Source: an uncultured Lachnospiraceae bacterium (GTDB lineage: Bacteria; Bacillota; Clostridia; Lachnospirales; Lachnospiraceae). Taken from it: DNA of 41,150 nucleotides. Both the position numbers and the translations under genes were made by a program. The stretch spans positions 1 through 41,150 of the forward strand of contig CACZRH010000207.1 of assembly GCA_902783455.1 (NCBI GenBank), given 5' to 3'. Positions 18,047-28,140 of this stretch are shown here, in pieces. How positions within the stretch are numbered: position 1 is the stretch's first letter; the number at the start of each line of letters is the position of its first letter. The notes below the pieces were generated by a model. That model was not told the origin of the DNA, made no database searches, and saw only the letters and a program-made list of their open reading frames with translations.

Positions 18047-19092
18047 AAGAGCCTTTGAATCTGAAATTACTGTTTTTCTATCTTTTGAAAAGAATATGGG
18101 TCCTTGTTGCGGCTGCGGTTCTTTTTGCGTTTTTTTTCGGCGGTGGGTATTATCTGAAAAATTATGTGTTTGCGCCCGCACCGGATTATGTTGCGACTTC
18201 GCAGTTATATCTGACGTATGCCGAAGAAGTCAGACTGGAAAATGTTTATATCAATGATTATACCTGGCAGACGCTTGCCGCATCCGATGCGTGCGTGGAA
18301 GAAGCATTGAAGGAGCTTACATTTGACTGTACGAAGGAATATTTACAAAATGCCGCAACAGCCGGACTGGAAAGTGATGTAAGACTCGTTACCGTAACCG
18401 TTACGGATAAAGACCCGGATAAGGCGGTTGAAATCGCGCATGCTTATGAAAAAGCGATTCAGAAACTCGGCGAGCGGATGGTGGATGTGGATGAGGTCCA
18501 GATTTTTACATCTGCGGATCATGCGGTAAAAAAGGAATGGGATAACCGCACCGTACGCATGGGAATCACGGGAGCTGTAATCGGATTTGCTGCTTCCTTG
18601 ATGATTCTGCTTTTTGTGTTTTCCGTGGATGATTCCGTATATATTCCGGAGACCACACAGATTCGTTATCATATTCCGACACTTGCCTGTATCGATAAAA
18701 ACGGTAACGTAATCGACAAATGGGAAAAAGAGGCAGGAAGCCGAAATCTTAAGGCAGTACTCGAAGGCTGCGGGAAGGTATTTTTTACCGATATTTCCGA
18801 AGAGAACGGAATCACCGAAGAACAGGCGGGCTGCTTAAAAGAGCTTTTGCCGGATTCCCTGAAATCCGTTCCGGTCTTTGTTAAGAGCCTGGCTGCGAAC
18901 CCGGATGCCGTGGACGAAATGACACAAGGGGACGGGGTTATAGTGTTACTGAAAGCGGGAAACGGAAACGGAAAAATGATTGAAAGATCGTTATCCTATC
19001 TCGAAACACAAAAGATTCCGGTTCTCGGTGTGATTTTATACGACGTAAATAAAGCGGCTGTATTAAGCTATCGAAAACCGCTGCGTTTCTAA
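18043..19092 (+). CDS. Wzz/CpsC-like polysaccharide co-polymerase with C-terminal degenerate BY-kinase-like tail
   Basis: NL..LF..LLKRIW + TM + P.YVATSQLY; V.VTDKDPDKA.EIA; second TM; tail DGVIVLL...L...KIPVLGVIL. Confidence 0.7.
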   Translation: MKEPLNLKLLFFYLLKRIWVLVAAAVLFAFFFGGGYYLKNYVFAPAPDYVATSQLYLTYAEEVRLENVYINDYTWQTLAASDACVEEALKELTFDCTKEYLQNAATAGLESDVRLVTVTVTDKDPDKAVEIAHAYEKAIQKLGERMVDVDEVQIFTSADHAVKKEWDNRTVRMGITGAVIGFAASLMILLFVFSVDDSVYIPETTQIRYHIPTLACIDKNGNVIDKWEKEAGSRNLKAVLEGCGKVFFTDISEENGITEEQAGCLKELLPDSLKSVPVFVKSLAANPDAVDEMTQGDGVIVLLKAGNGNGKMIERSLSYLETQKIPVLGVILYDVNKAAVLSYRKPLRF

Positions 19093-19104
19093 AAAGCATT
19101 AGGA

Positions 19105-19932
19105 TTGGTGGAGTGTGTGAATCTAGAGGTTTTGGTCTCCGCATTGAATAAAGATCCGGAGAAGCTGCTTGGAAAAATGAATATTCAGTCTCCTGCGGTG
19201 GTAGTAAATCAGTGTGATCGCAATATGACGCAGACTTTTTTCATGGGTGAACATGAAATGACGGTGATTTCTTCCACGGAAAGGGGTGTCGGAAAAAGCC
19301 GTAATGAGTGCCTTTCTCGCGCAAGTGCAGATTTGGTTCTTTTTTCCGATGATGACATTATTTATTATGACGGATACCATGAAAAAATCATAAAAGAGTT
19401 TGAAGCCCTTCCGGAAGCCGATATCATTCTTTTTAACATGGAGGTCTGTGAAGAGAGAAGAACGTATTGGAACAGTGAAGTGAAAAAAATCGGGAAAACA
19501 AACTGCGGACGTTTTCCGGCTTACAGTATTGCCGCAAAAAGGGAGTCACTAACAAAAGCCGGAATACGGTTCTCTCTTTTATTCGGTGGAGGCGCGAAGT
19601 ATTCAAACGGGGAGGATTCCCTCTTTTTAACGGATGCACTGCGCGCGGGTCTTAAAATATATACTTCCGTGGAGGTGCTCGGAAAAGAAGCGGCAGGGGA
19701 TTCGACCTGGTTTAAAGGATTTAACGAGAAATTCTTTTTTGACAGGGGAGTTTTGTTTGCCTTTTTGTACAGGGGATTTGCGCCGCTCTGGGCATTCCGG
19801 TTTGTATTTTTAAAGAAAAACATCGATACCTCCAAGGTTGGAAAAAAGAAAGCCTGGCAGTTAATTCGAAACGGCATTCAAGAAGGGAACCGTTTGCGTA
19901 AGGAAGAAGCGAATCCGGGAGAACGGGAATGA
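19105..19932 (+). CDS. GT2/GT-A glycosyltransferase
   Basis: LEVLVS, VVVNQ, ERGVGKSRN, FSDDD, FGGGAKYSNGED; true start may be GTG 19117. Confidence 0.85.
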   Translation: MVECVNLEVLVSALNKDPEKLLGKMNIQSPAVVVNQCDRNMTQTFFMGEHEMTVISSTERGVGKSRNECLSRASADLVLFSDDDIIYYDGYHEKIIKEFEALPEADIILFNMEVCEERRTYWNSEVKKIGKTNCGRFPAYSIAAKRESLTKAGIRFSLLFGGGAKYSNGEDSLFLTDALRAGLKIYTSVEVLGKEAAGDSTWFKGFNEKFFFDRGVLFAFLYRGFAPLWAFRFVFLKKNIDTSKVGKKKAWQLIRNGIQEGNRLRKEEANPGERE

Positions 19933-21017
19933 CGATTTATTTGATTCTGGCCTGCATTACCGTTTTGCTTTCAATGCTGGTTGAGAAAAAAGAAAATATC
20001 ATTTGTGGGGATGACGAGCGGATTATGACAAGGGGGAAGCTTCGAAATGCAAGTCTTCTTTCGGGTATTTTCTTTGCTCTGGTTATGGTCAGTGCATGCA
20101 GAATTGCAATCGGAAACGATTACTGGGAATATACTTCGATTTTTAACCTGATTACGCAAAACCGCCATGTTTCCACGGAATTCGGATTCAATACGTTTGT
20201 AAGAATTTGTCACTTTTTATTCGGGAATGAAAACTACCTTGTAATTTTCGGCCTGGTGGCTGCAGCAACAATTTATTTTTCGCTTCGGTCGATTTACCGG
20301 TTAAGCGAAAAATTCGGATATTCCTTTTTCCTGTATATGGTGTTCGGAATTTATCTTTCGGGGTTTAATTCGATTCGCTATTATCTGGTTTTGGCAGTTG
20401 CCATGTATGCGGTATATTTTTTGTTTACGAAGGAGTATGAGAAATTTATTCTTCTCCTGCTTTTGGCAGCAACCTTTCATATGGCTGTTTTATTCTGCCT
20501 GGCGGTTTATCCGCTTGCGAAGCTGAAGTGGAAAGTATGGGTATATCCGGTGCTGGGAGTATTTGCAGCAAGCCTTCTGGCATTTCCGGGATTTTACCGG
20601 CGGATTATTTTTCTGTTTTATCCGTATTACGAGAATTCCGTTTACGATACACAGACTACAAGTCTGGTGCAGATTGCCAGATGTGCGGCAGTACTCGTAT
20701 TTGCACTGATTTTTTATAAAAGCGCAATCCGGGATCACGAAAGAAACCGTTTTTATTTTCAATGCAATCTTCTGGCATTGATTGTTTACTGTTGCTGTTC
20801 GTTTATGCCTGTAATTTCGAGAATCGGATATTTTTTAAATGTCTTTCAGATTTTCTTAATACCGTCGGTGATCCTGTCGATTAAGTCAAAGAAGACAAGA
20901 ATCATCATGACGGTATTAACGGCAGTTGCGGGAGTCGGATATTATCTGTTCTTTCTGCATACCGGAAGGGATGTGGCAACCCATATTGTTCCGTATTGGA
21001 GCTGGATTACCCATTAA
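19929..21017 (+). CDS. EpsG family polysaccharide polymerase (Wzy)
   Basis: About 10 TMs; R..IGNDYWEY, EFGF, NSIRY, FH..., SRI.YF. Confidence 0.8.
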   Translation: MTIYLILACITVLLSMLVEKKENIICGDDERIMTRGKLRNASLLSGIFFALVMVSACRIAIGNDYWEYTSIFNLITQNRHVSTEFGFNTFVRICHFLFGNENYLVIFGLVAAATIYFSLRSIYRLSEKFGYSFFLYMVFGIYLSGFNSIRYYLVLAVAMYAVYFLFTKEYEKFILLLLLAATFHMAVLFCLAVYPLAKLKWKVWVYPVLGVFAASLLAFPGFYRRIIFLFYPYYENSVYDTQTTSLVQIARCAAVLVFALIFYKSAIRDHERNRFYFQCNLLALIVYCCCSFMPVISRIGYFLNVFQIFLIPSVILSIKSKKTRIIMTVLTAVAGVGYYLFFLHTGRDVATHIVPYWSWITH

Positions 21018-21076
21018 CCGGTTTATGCCGGATGGGAAAGAGTGAGTAAAAGAGTAAAAATGCGGAGGATGAAGCG

Positions 21077-21919
21077 TTGAAATTTACGGTGATTACGGTA
21101 TCGTTCAATTCCGGAACGAAGCTTACCGAGACAGTAAAAAATATACTGAGGCAGGATAGTAAAGATTTCGAAATCCTGATTAAAGACGGGGCTTCCAAAG
21201 ATGATTCCCTTGCCTTTTTAGTAGATTTCCTGAAAACGGAAGGCTTTTCGGAAACCGCGCAGGGAGTGTATCAAAAAGAAAAAGGCGGAGTATGCGTCCG
21301 GATTGTTTCCATGAAGGATACCGGGATTTACGATGCAATGAATATTGCCGTAAAGCTTGCCGGGGGAGAATATGTTTCCTTCATGAACTGCGGAGATTAT
21401 TATGCTTCAAAGGATGTTCTTTCGAAAGCGGGCGAAGTAATGGAACAGACGGGAAATAAGGAGATTTACTACGGAGATGCTTATTTTCGAAAGGTCGGAA
21501 ATGTCATTCATATGCCGCATGAAATTACACCCTCCGTTTGCTACCGGCATATTCCGAATCATCAGGCCTGCTTTTTCAAACGTGAATTGTGGCGTTCGAA
21601 GCAGCTGAATCCGAAGTTTAAGATACGTGCCGACTATGAATTTTTCCTTTATCAGTATTTCGAAAAAGGGGTAAGACCACAGTATTTAGGCATTACCGTC
21701 TGCGATTATGAAGGCGGCGGATACAGCGAGACAAAGGAAAACCGGAAAAGGGATGCGTATGAGCATCATGTGATTACGGAAAAATATATGACAAAGCAAC
21801 AGCTTCGGAAAGAAAAGGTATTCCGGGTTGTTACCCTGCAGCCGCTTCGCAAATGGGTGGCGCAGAAAAGCCCGTTTGCAGGTGTGTATGACAAAATCAA
21901 GAAAAGCATTTACCGTTAG
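21077..21919 (+). CDS. GT2 glycosyltransferase (WcaE/WfgS-like)
   Basis: TTG start after GGAGG; KDGASKD, DTGIYDAMN, FMNCGD, HQACFF, RADYEF. Confidence 0.85.
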   Translation: MKFTVITVSFNSGTKLTETVKNILRQDSKDFEILIKDGASKDDSLAFLVDFLKTEGFSETAQGVYQKEKGGVCVRIVSMKDTGIYDAMNIAVKLAGGEYVSFMNCGDYYASKDVLSKAGEVMEQTGNKEIYYGDAYFRKVGNVIHMPHEITPSVCYRHIPNHQACFFKRELWRSKQLNPKFKIRADYEFFLYQYFEKGVRPQYLGITVCDYEGGGYSETKENRKRDAYEHHVITEKYMTKQQLRKEKVFRVVTLQPLRKWVAQKSPFAGVYDKIKKSIYR

Positions 21920-21934
21920 GGGACGATTGACATC

Positions 21935-23221
21935 ATGAGAGTATTATGGGTATGCAATCAGTGTATCGGAAAGATTGCGGAGCAATTGAATATACCCGGT
22001 TCCAACAAGGAAGGATGGCTTGCGGGACTTTATGATGCATTCACGGAAAAAGATACGGAAGTAACGCTCGGAATCTGTTTCCCGTCATCGGAGAATAAAA
22101 AATACTCCGTGGATCATCTTCCGGTTTATTCCTTTGCGGAGGATACGGCCCATCCGGAAATCTATGAGGAAAATGCGGAAAGCCGTTTTGCGGAGATTTT
22201 TTCCGATTTTCGTCCGGATATCGTTCATATTTTCGGGACGGAATATGCGCATACCTTAGCGGCCGCAAAAGCATTGCACGATCCGGGAAAGCTTTTAATC
22301 GGATTTCAGGGTGTCTGCAATGCGCTTTATGAGGAGTATTTAACCGGTGTTGAAAAAGAATGGATTTCCAAAAATACGCTCAGGGATACCTTAAAATCCG
22401 ACAATATGGAAAATCAGAAAAAGAAATTCGCTCTTCGCGCAGAGCACGAAAGAGAAGCAGTAAAACTTGCCGGATATGTAACCGGAAGGACCAGGCTGGA
22501 TCATAAATATGCCATGGAAATGAACCCGGATGTGGAATATCTGTTTTTGAACGAAACCATGCGGGAAATTTTTTACGAGGGTGAATGGAAACAGGAAAAT
22601 GCCGTAAAGCACAGTATTTTTGTATCCCAGTGTGATTATCCGATTAAGGGATTTCATATTTTCGCTAAAGCGATGGAATTTTTAAAAGAGGACTATCCGG
22701 ATTTCACGGTTCGTGTGGCCGGAAATACCATTACCGGAGTCGGCGGATTAAAGAAAAAAATTCTGATTCCGACATACGGGGAATATTTAAACCGTCTGAT
22801 GAAGGAAGCGGGAGTAAAGGAGCAGGTTACGTTTTTGGGTTCCTTATCCGCTGCCGAGATGAAAAAAGAGTATCTTTCCTGCAACGTGTTTGTGCTTCCT
22901 TCGGTTATGGAAAATTCGCCGAATTCGCTGGGAGAAGCCATGCTTCTCGGGGTGCCTTCGGTTGCAAGTGATGTCGGTGGAGTGGCGGATATCATGAATT
23001 CCGAATCCGGAATCCTTTATGAAAATAACGATCCCGCACTGCTGGCAAAGGCAATCGGAAAGGTGTTTCAGGATCTGGACAGTGACGGCGGCCTTGTGAA
23101 AGGACTTGTGGAAAACGCCAAAGTCAGTGCCCGCAAAAAACACAATAAAGAGGAGAATAAAAACCGACTGCTCGAAATGTACCGGTTGATTTATAAAGAA
23201 CAGGGAAACGACAATCCATGA
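21935..23221 (+). CDS. GT4 glycosyltransferase
   Basis: PDIVHIFGTE, YPIKG, VFVLPS.MENSPNSLGEAM (Ex7E), SDVGG. Confidence 0.9.
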   Translation: MRVLWVCNQCIGKIAEQLNIPGSNKEGWLAGLYDAFTEKDTEVTLGICFPSSENKKYSVDHLPVYSFAEDTAHPEIYEENAESRFAEIFSDFRPDIVHIFGTEYAHTLAAAKALHDPGKLLIGFQGVCNALYEEYLTGVEKEWISKNTLRDTLKSDNMENQKKKFALRAEHEREAVKLAGYVTGRTRLDHKYAMEMNPDVEYLFLNETMREIFYEGEWKQENAVKHSIFVSQCDYPIKGFHIFAKAMEFLKEDYPDFTVRVAGNTITGVGGLKKKILIPTYGEYLNRLMKEAGVKEQVTFLGSLSAAEMKKEYLSCNVFVLPSVMENSPNSLGEAMLLGVPSVASDVGGVADIMNSESGILYENNDPALLAKAIGKVFQDLDSDGGLVKGLVENAKVSARKKHNKEENKNRLLEMYRLIYKEQGNDNP

Positions 23222-24405
23222 AAGTAACCTTTATTTCCAATTACATCAACCACCATCAGATTCCTCTTTCCAATGAACTGTATGCTGCATGGGGAGATGA
23301 TTATTCCTTTATCCAGACGGAGCCGATGGAGGAAGAGCGAATTAAAATGGGCTGGAAAGACAGTGATTTCAATCTTCCCTATGTCAGGATTTATCAGGAT
23401 TATCCGGACGAATGTCAGGCACTGATTGATTCCTGTGATATTGCGATTTTTGACGGACTGGATGATGAATCCTTTATCGCAAAGCGACTGGAGGAAAAAA
23501 AGATTGTTTTAAGAACCTGGGAAAGACTTTATAAAACCGGACAGTGGAAGGCGGTTTCGCCAAGGGGACTGATTAAAAAATATCATGACCATACCAGGCA
23601 TTCGGATTCGCCGGTTTATCTGTTATGTTACGGCGGATATGTTGCGGATGATTTTGAAATCATTAAAGCCTATCGCGGAAAAAGACTGAAATGGGGCTAT
23701 TTTCCGGAGTTTCATGAATCGGATAAAGAGGCACGACGGGCAAAAAAATCCGGAGAGATTCCGGAAGTTTTATGGGCCGGCCGGTTCATTCACTGGAAGC
23801 ATGCGATGGATGCCTTAAAAGCCGTGAAAGCGAATCTGGATGAGGGATTAAAATTTCATTTTACGATGATCGGTACCGGGGAATGTGAAGAAGAATTAAA
23901 GGAATTTGTTCGGAAAAATTCACTGGAAGAAAACGTGACCTTTACGGGAGCTTTGCCGCCCGCAGAGGTTCGGGAATATATGGAACGCGCTTCGATTTAT
24001 CTTTTTACAAGTGATTATGAAGAGGGCTGGGGCGTGGTTGCCAATGAATCGATGAACAGCGGATGTGCACTGATTGCATCCCATGCCGCGGGTGCGGTTC
24101 CGTTCCTTGTCCGCGACGGGGAAAACGGTCTTATTTATGAGAGCGGAAATGTTTCCAAACTGACAGAATATCTGGGCAATCTTATAAAGGATGAAGCACT
24201 CCGGTTAAGACTGCAGGATGCTGCATATGAAACCATCCGTGATGAATGGAATGCCCGCATTGCCGGCGAAAGGCTGGTAAAATTCTGCGAGCGGATTTAT
24301 AACGGGGAGCTTCTTTTTGAGAAAGAGGGACCGTTAAGCGAGGCGGCAGCGATTCCGGAAAAGAAAATGTACCGCTTTCTGAAGGGAGAATGGAAATGCC
24401 CTTAG
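23218..24405 (+). CDS. GT4 glycosyltransferase
   Basis: WAGRFIHWKH, FTSDYEEGWGVVANESM, DGENG. Confidence 0.9.
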   Translation: MKVTFISNYINHHQIPLSNELYAAWGDDYSFIQTEPMEEERIKMGWKDSDFNLPYVRIYQDYPDECQALIDSCDIAIFDGLDDESFIAKRLEEKKIVLRTWERLYKTGQWKAVSPRGLIKKYHDHTRHSDSPVYLLCYGGYVADDFEIIKAYRGKRLKWGYFPEFHESDKEARRAKKSGEIPEVLWAGRFIHWKHAMDALKAVKANLDEGLKFHFTMIGTGECEEELKEFVRKNSLEENVTFTGALPPAEVREYMERASIYLFTSDYEEGWGVVANESMNSGCALIASHAAGAVPFLVRDGENGLIYESGNVSKLTEYLGNLIKDEALRLRLQDAAYETIRDEWNARIAGERLVKFCERIYNGELLFEKEGPLSEAAAIPEKKMYRFLKGEWKCP

Positions 24406-25445
24406 AGGAATATAAAGTATCCATCGTGGTACCCGTGTACAATGCGGAAAAATATTTAAGCCGCTGTGTTGAAAGCCTTTTAAATCAGACGCACCGGAAT
24501 ATGGAGATTCTTTTAGTGGATGACGGATCCACGGACCGATCCGGTGAAATGTGCGGAGAGTTTGCAGCGAAATATCCGGAAATTCTTGTTTTTCACAAGG
24601 AAAACGGAGGTTCCTCTTCGGCCAGAAATCTGGGAATCCGGAATGCGACAGGGGATTATGTCGGATTTTGCGACAGCGATGATTATGTGGAAAGAGACAT
24701 GTATGAAAATCTTCTGCAGGCGGTTTATGAGCATGAGGATGCGGATATCGTACAGATTCAGACGAATTATCATTCCGAAAGCGGAGAACTTTTAAAAGGC
24801 CCGCAGGATGATTCGGGAGAGATTTCGTTCCTGCCGTCGGAGGAGATGTTCCGTCTTTTAATGCTGCATGTGGGAGATGCCTCTTTTTGTACGAAAATCA
24901 TACGCAAAACATTTCTGGAGAATTTTTCTTTCCAGGAAGGAAAGCTGAATGAGGATTTCGAGCTTCTGCTTCGCATGATTCAGAATACAAAGGGTGTGTA
25001 TAAAGTCGGTAAAACAGGATATCACATTGTACTTTCGGATTATTCCAATACGAGGGGAAATTTTAAAACCGAATTTTACGATGCGATGATTGCAAATTCC
25101 GATACGGCTTATGAACTGGCAAAGACGGTCTTTCCGTCAGCCATAACGGAGGCGGAGCGATTCCGTTTATTCCAGCGTCTGGATTATATGCTGCACATCC
25201 CCGTGGAAAAGATGAAGGACAATCCGGTCTGTGACGGAATCATCGTATTTTTGAAGGAGCATAAAAAGGAAATCGATGAAAATCCTTATCTTTCGAAGAA
25301 AGAGAAACGAAATTTAAGAATTCTTTCGAAAGCGCCTAAGCTTAGCAAGCGTGCGCATCGTCTGATCATGAAAATAAAAAAGCCCGGAAAACAGGTCATC
25401 TACGAAGGTGCCGTGATGCCGGAGAATGAAGAGAAAAATGATTAA
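24396..25445 (+). CDS. GT2 glycosyltransferase
   Basis: VSIVVPVYN, VDDGSTD, NGGSSSARNLG, FCDSDD, NED; ATG 24396 is best spaced from GGGAG (alternative 24390). Confidence 0.9.
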   Translation: MPLEEYKVSIVVPVYNAEKYLSRCVESLLNQTHRNMEILLVDDGSTDRSGEMCGEFAAKYPEILVFHKENGGSSSARNLGIRNATGDYVGFCDSDDYVERDMYENLLQAVYEHEDADIVQIQTNYHSESGELLKGPQDDSGEISFLPSEEMFRLLMLHVGDASFCTKIIRKTFLENFSFQEGKLNEDFELLLRMIQNTKGVYKVGKTGYHIVLSDYSNTRGNFKTEFYDAMIANSDTAYELAKTVFPSAITEAERFRLFQRLDYMLHIPVEKMKDNPVCDGIIVFLKEHKKEIDENPYLSKKEKRNLRILSKAPKLSKRAHRLIMKIKKPGKQVIYEGAVMPENEEKND

Positions 25446-27186
25446 AATACTGAAAAAACTGACGGTCCTATTGGACAAAAAACAAAAACTGCAGATGGTC
25501 GGTCTTATATTGATTTTGTTCATCGGCGCAATTATGGAGGCCTTTTCCGTAGCGGCAATCATTCCCGTTGTAACACTGATTCTGACTCCGGAAAAACTGT
25601 ATGCCATCCCTTTTGTTCAGACAGTCCGTGACTTTCTGCCGTTTTCCTCGGAAAAAGCCTTCGGCGTGTTCATCATGGTGGGACTGATTCTGGTATTTAT
25701 CGTGAAGAATGTGTACATTTACCTGGAGTACAAACTGCTTTATCATTTTATCTTTTCCAACCAGTTCCGTACTTCGGAACGCATGATGAAGAATTTTATC
25801 CGAAGGGATTATGAATATTTCGTAGGAGCGGATACAGCGGTAATCCAGCGTACCATTACCTCGGACGTCAACAATATGTACGGGCTGATTCAGTCCCTTC
25901 TGACGCTGGTTTCGGAAGTGATTGTGGCAGCCTGCATTGCAATTTATTTATTCGTTCAGGAGCCGGTTATGACATCGGTGGTGGCGATTTTGCTGATTGT
26001 GACGCTGCTTTTGATTAAAGCATTCTTAAAGCCGTTAATGAAACGAGCGGGACAGGAAAACCAGGATTATTATTCCGGCCTTTTCAAACATATTTCCCAG
26101 ACCGTTATGGGCATCAAGGAAGTCAAGGTAAGCGGAAGAGAGAAGTATTTCGTGGACGAGTATATAAAATGCGGACGCGGATATGTAAATGCGGTTCAGA
26201 AATATACCATTTACAATAACATCCCGCGACTGATTATCGAAGTGGTCTGCATGGGCGGCGTCATCGGTTACTTCCTGTATTTATACTTAACCGGCGGAGA
26301 CATCATCGGCATGATTGCAACGGTAACCGCATTTGTATTCGGTCTGACAAGACTTATGCCCTGTGCAAACAGAATTAACAACCAGTTAAACAATATCGCA
26401 TATTTTGAACCGTTTTTTATGGGTGTTTCGGATAATCTTCAGGATGAAATCGAAGAGAGAAATGTGGACATTTCCTTTATGGAAATTCCCAAAGAGAAAC
26501 TGCCTGCGACAAAGGAAATCAAATTAACGGACATCACGTTCCACTATGACAATACAAGAGGCGTAAATATTTTAGAGCATGCGAACTTAACCATTCCGAT
26601 TGGATCCAGCGTCGGCATTGTCGGAACCACAGGCTCCGGAAAATCCACGATTGTGGATATTCTGCTGGGCTTACTTAAGGCACAGGAAGGAACGATTACG
26701 GTTGACGGCGTGAATGTCATGGAAGGAAATAACTATCGGAAATGGTTAAAGAATGTCGGATATATTCCCCAGGATATTTTTATTTTCGACAGCGATATCC
26801 GTCACAATGTGGCTTTCGGTATTCCGGAAGAGGAGATTGACGATGAAAGGGTATGGGAAGTCTTAAAGGAAGCGCAGCTGGATGAATTCGTAAAGGGTCT
26901 GCCGGAGGGGCTTGCAACCAGAACCGGCGAAAGAGGACTGCAGATTTCGGGTGGTCAGTTACAGCGAATCGGTATTGCCAGAGCACTTTATGACGACCCC
27001 GAAGTACTGGTTATGGATGAGGCGACGAGTGCACTGGATAATGATACCGAGAAGGCAATCGTGGATTCGATTAACCGCCTTCAGGGCAGCAAGACGCTCG
27101 TTATTATTGCTCACAGACTGCAGACGATTGAAAAATGCGATGCGGTTTACAGGGTGGAAAATAAACAGGTAATCCGGGAAAGATAG
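25426..27186 (+). CDS. ABC exporter with fused TMD-NBD, PglK/WlaB-like putative lipid-linked glycan flippase
   Basis: N-terminal TMD; Walker A GTTGSGKST, GYIPQ, signature ISGGQLQR, Walker B VLVMDE, IAHRL; alternative start 25438. Confidence 0.85.
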   Translation: MKRKMIKILKKLTVLLDKKQKLQMVGLILILFIGAIMEAFSVAAIIPVVTLILTPEKLYAIPFVQTVRDFLPFSSEKAFGVFIMVGLILVFIVKNVYIYLEYKLLYHFIFSNQFRTSERMMKNFIRRDYEYFVGADTAVIQRTITSDVNNMYGLIQSLLTLVSEVIVAACIAIYLFVQEPVMTSVVAILLIVTLLLIKAFLKPLMKRAGQENQDYYSGLFKHISQTVMGIKEVKVSGREKYFVDEYIKCGRGYVNAVQKYTIYNNIPRLIIEVVCMGGVIGYFLYLYLTGGDIIGMIATVTAFVFGLTRLMPCANRINNQLNNIAYFEPFFMGVSDNLQDEIEERNVDISFMEIPKEKLPATKEIKLTDITFHYDNTRGVNILEHANLTIPIGSSVGIVGTTGSGKSTIVDILLGLLKAQEGTITVDGVNVMEGNNYRKWLKNVGYIPQDIFIFDSDIRHNVAFGIPEEEIDDERVWEVLKEAQLDEFVKGLPEGLATRTGERGLQISGGQLQRIGIARALYDDPEVLVMDEATSALDNDTEKAIVDSINRLQGSKTLVIIAHRLQTIEKCDAVYRVENKQVIRER

Positions 27187-27209
27187 GATAAAAAAGAGAG
27201 GAACAGCGA

Positions 27210-28136
27210 ATGGAAAAATGTTCAATCGTAGTACCGTGCTATAACGAACAGGAAGCACTGCCGTTTTTTTATGAGGCAGTGGAAGCGGTGATCGGGGAAA
27301 TGCGGGAACTGGAATTTGAATATATTTTTGTGGATGACGGAAGTTCGGATAATACACTGGAGATTTTAAGGGATCTTTCGGACCGTGATTCCAAAGTACA
27401 TTATGTTTCGTTTTCAAGAAACTTCGGAAAGGAAGCGGGAATCTTTGCGGGACTTACGGAAAGCACGGGAGATTACGTGGTAATTATGGATGCGGACTTA
27501 CAGGATCCGCCCGAGCTTTTGCCGGAAATGTATAAAGCCGTGAAGGAAGATGGCTATGACTGTGCGGCAACCAGGAGGGTAAACCGCAAGGGAGAGCCGC
27601 CGATTCGTTCCTTTTTTGCAAAACTGTTTTATAAAATCATGAACCGGATTGCCAAATTAAACATGATGGACGGTGCCAGGGATTATCGTTTCATGAAGCG
27701 CGTCATGGTGGATGCAATTCTCTCCATGAAGGAGTATCACCGGTTTTCAAAAGGAATTTTCGGATGGGTCGGATTTAAAACCAAGTGGTTTGATTTCACA
27801 AACCGCGAACGTGTTGCAGGAAAAACCAAGTGGTCCTTCCATTCGCTCTTTAAATATTCCATCGAGGGTATGGTTGCTTTTACAACGGCACCTCTGGAAT
27901 GGGCATCCATTGTCGGACTGATTTTCTGTGTACTGGCTCTGATTGCGGTGGTGTTTTTATTTGTCAGGGCACTGCTTTTCGGCGACAAGGTTATGGGATG
28001 GCCGTCCCTTGCCTGCATGATTACATTCTTTTCCGGTCTGCAGCTTTTCGTAAGCGGCATTATCGGAATGTATCTGGCGAAGGCCTATAACGAAATTAAG
28101 GACCGACCGGTTTATATTGTCCGGGAGAAGAAGTAA
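27210..28136 (+). CDS. GtrB/CsbB-like undecaprenyl-phosphate glycosyltransferase (GT2)
   Basis: VPCYNE, VDDGSSD, FSRNFGKEA, MDADLQDPP, two C-terminal TMs, RPVYIV. Confidence 0.9.
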   Translation: MEKCSIVVPCYNEQEALPFFYEAVEAVIGEMRELEFEYIFVDDGSSDNTLEILRDLSDRDSKVHYVSFSRNFGKEAGIFAGLTESTGDYVVIMDADLQDPPELLPEMYKAVKEDGYDCAATRRVNRKGEPPIRSFFAKLFYKIMNRIAKLNMMDGARDYRFMKRVMVDAILSMKEYHRFSKGIFGWVGFKTKWFDFTNRERVAGKTKWSFHSLFKYSIEGMVAFTTAPLEWASIVGLIFCVLALIAVVFLFVRALLFGDKVMGWPSLACMITFFSGLQLFVSGIIGMYLAKAYNEIKDRPVYIVREKK

Positions 28137-28140
28137 AAAT

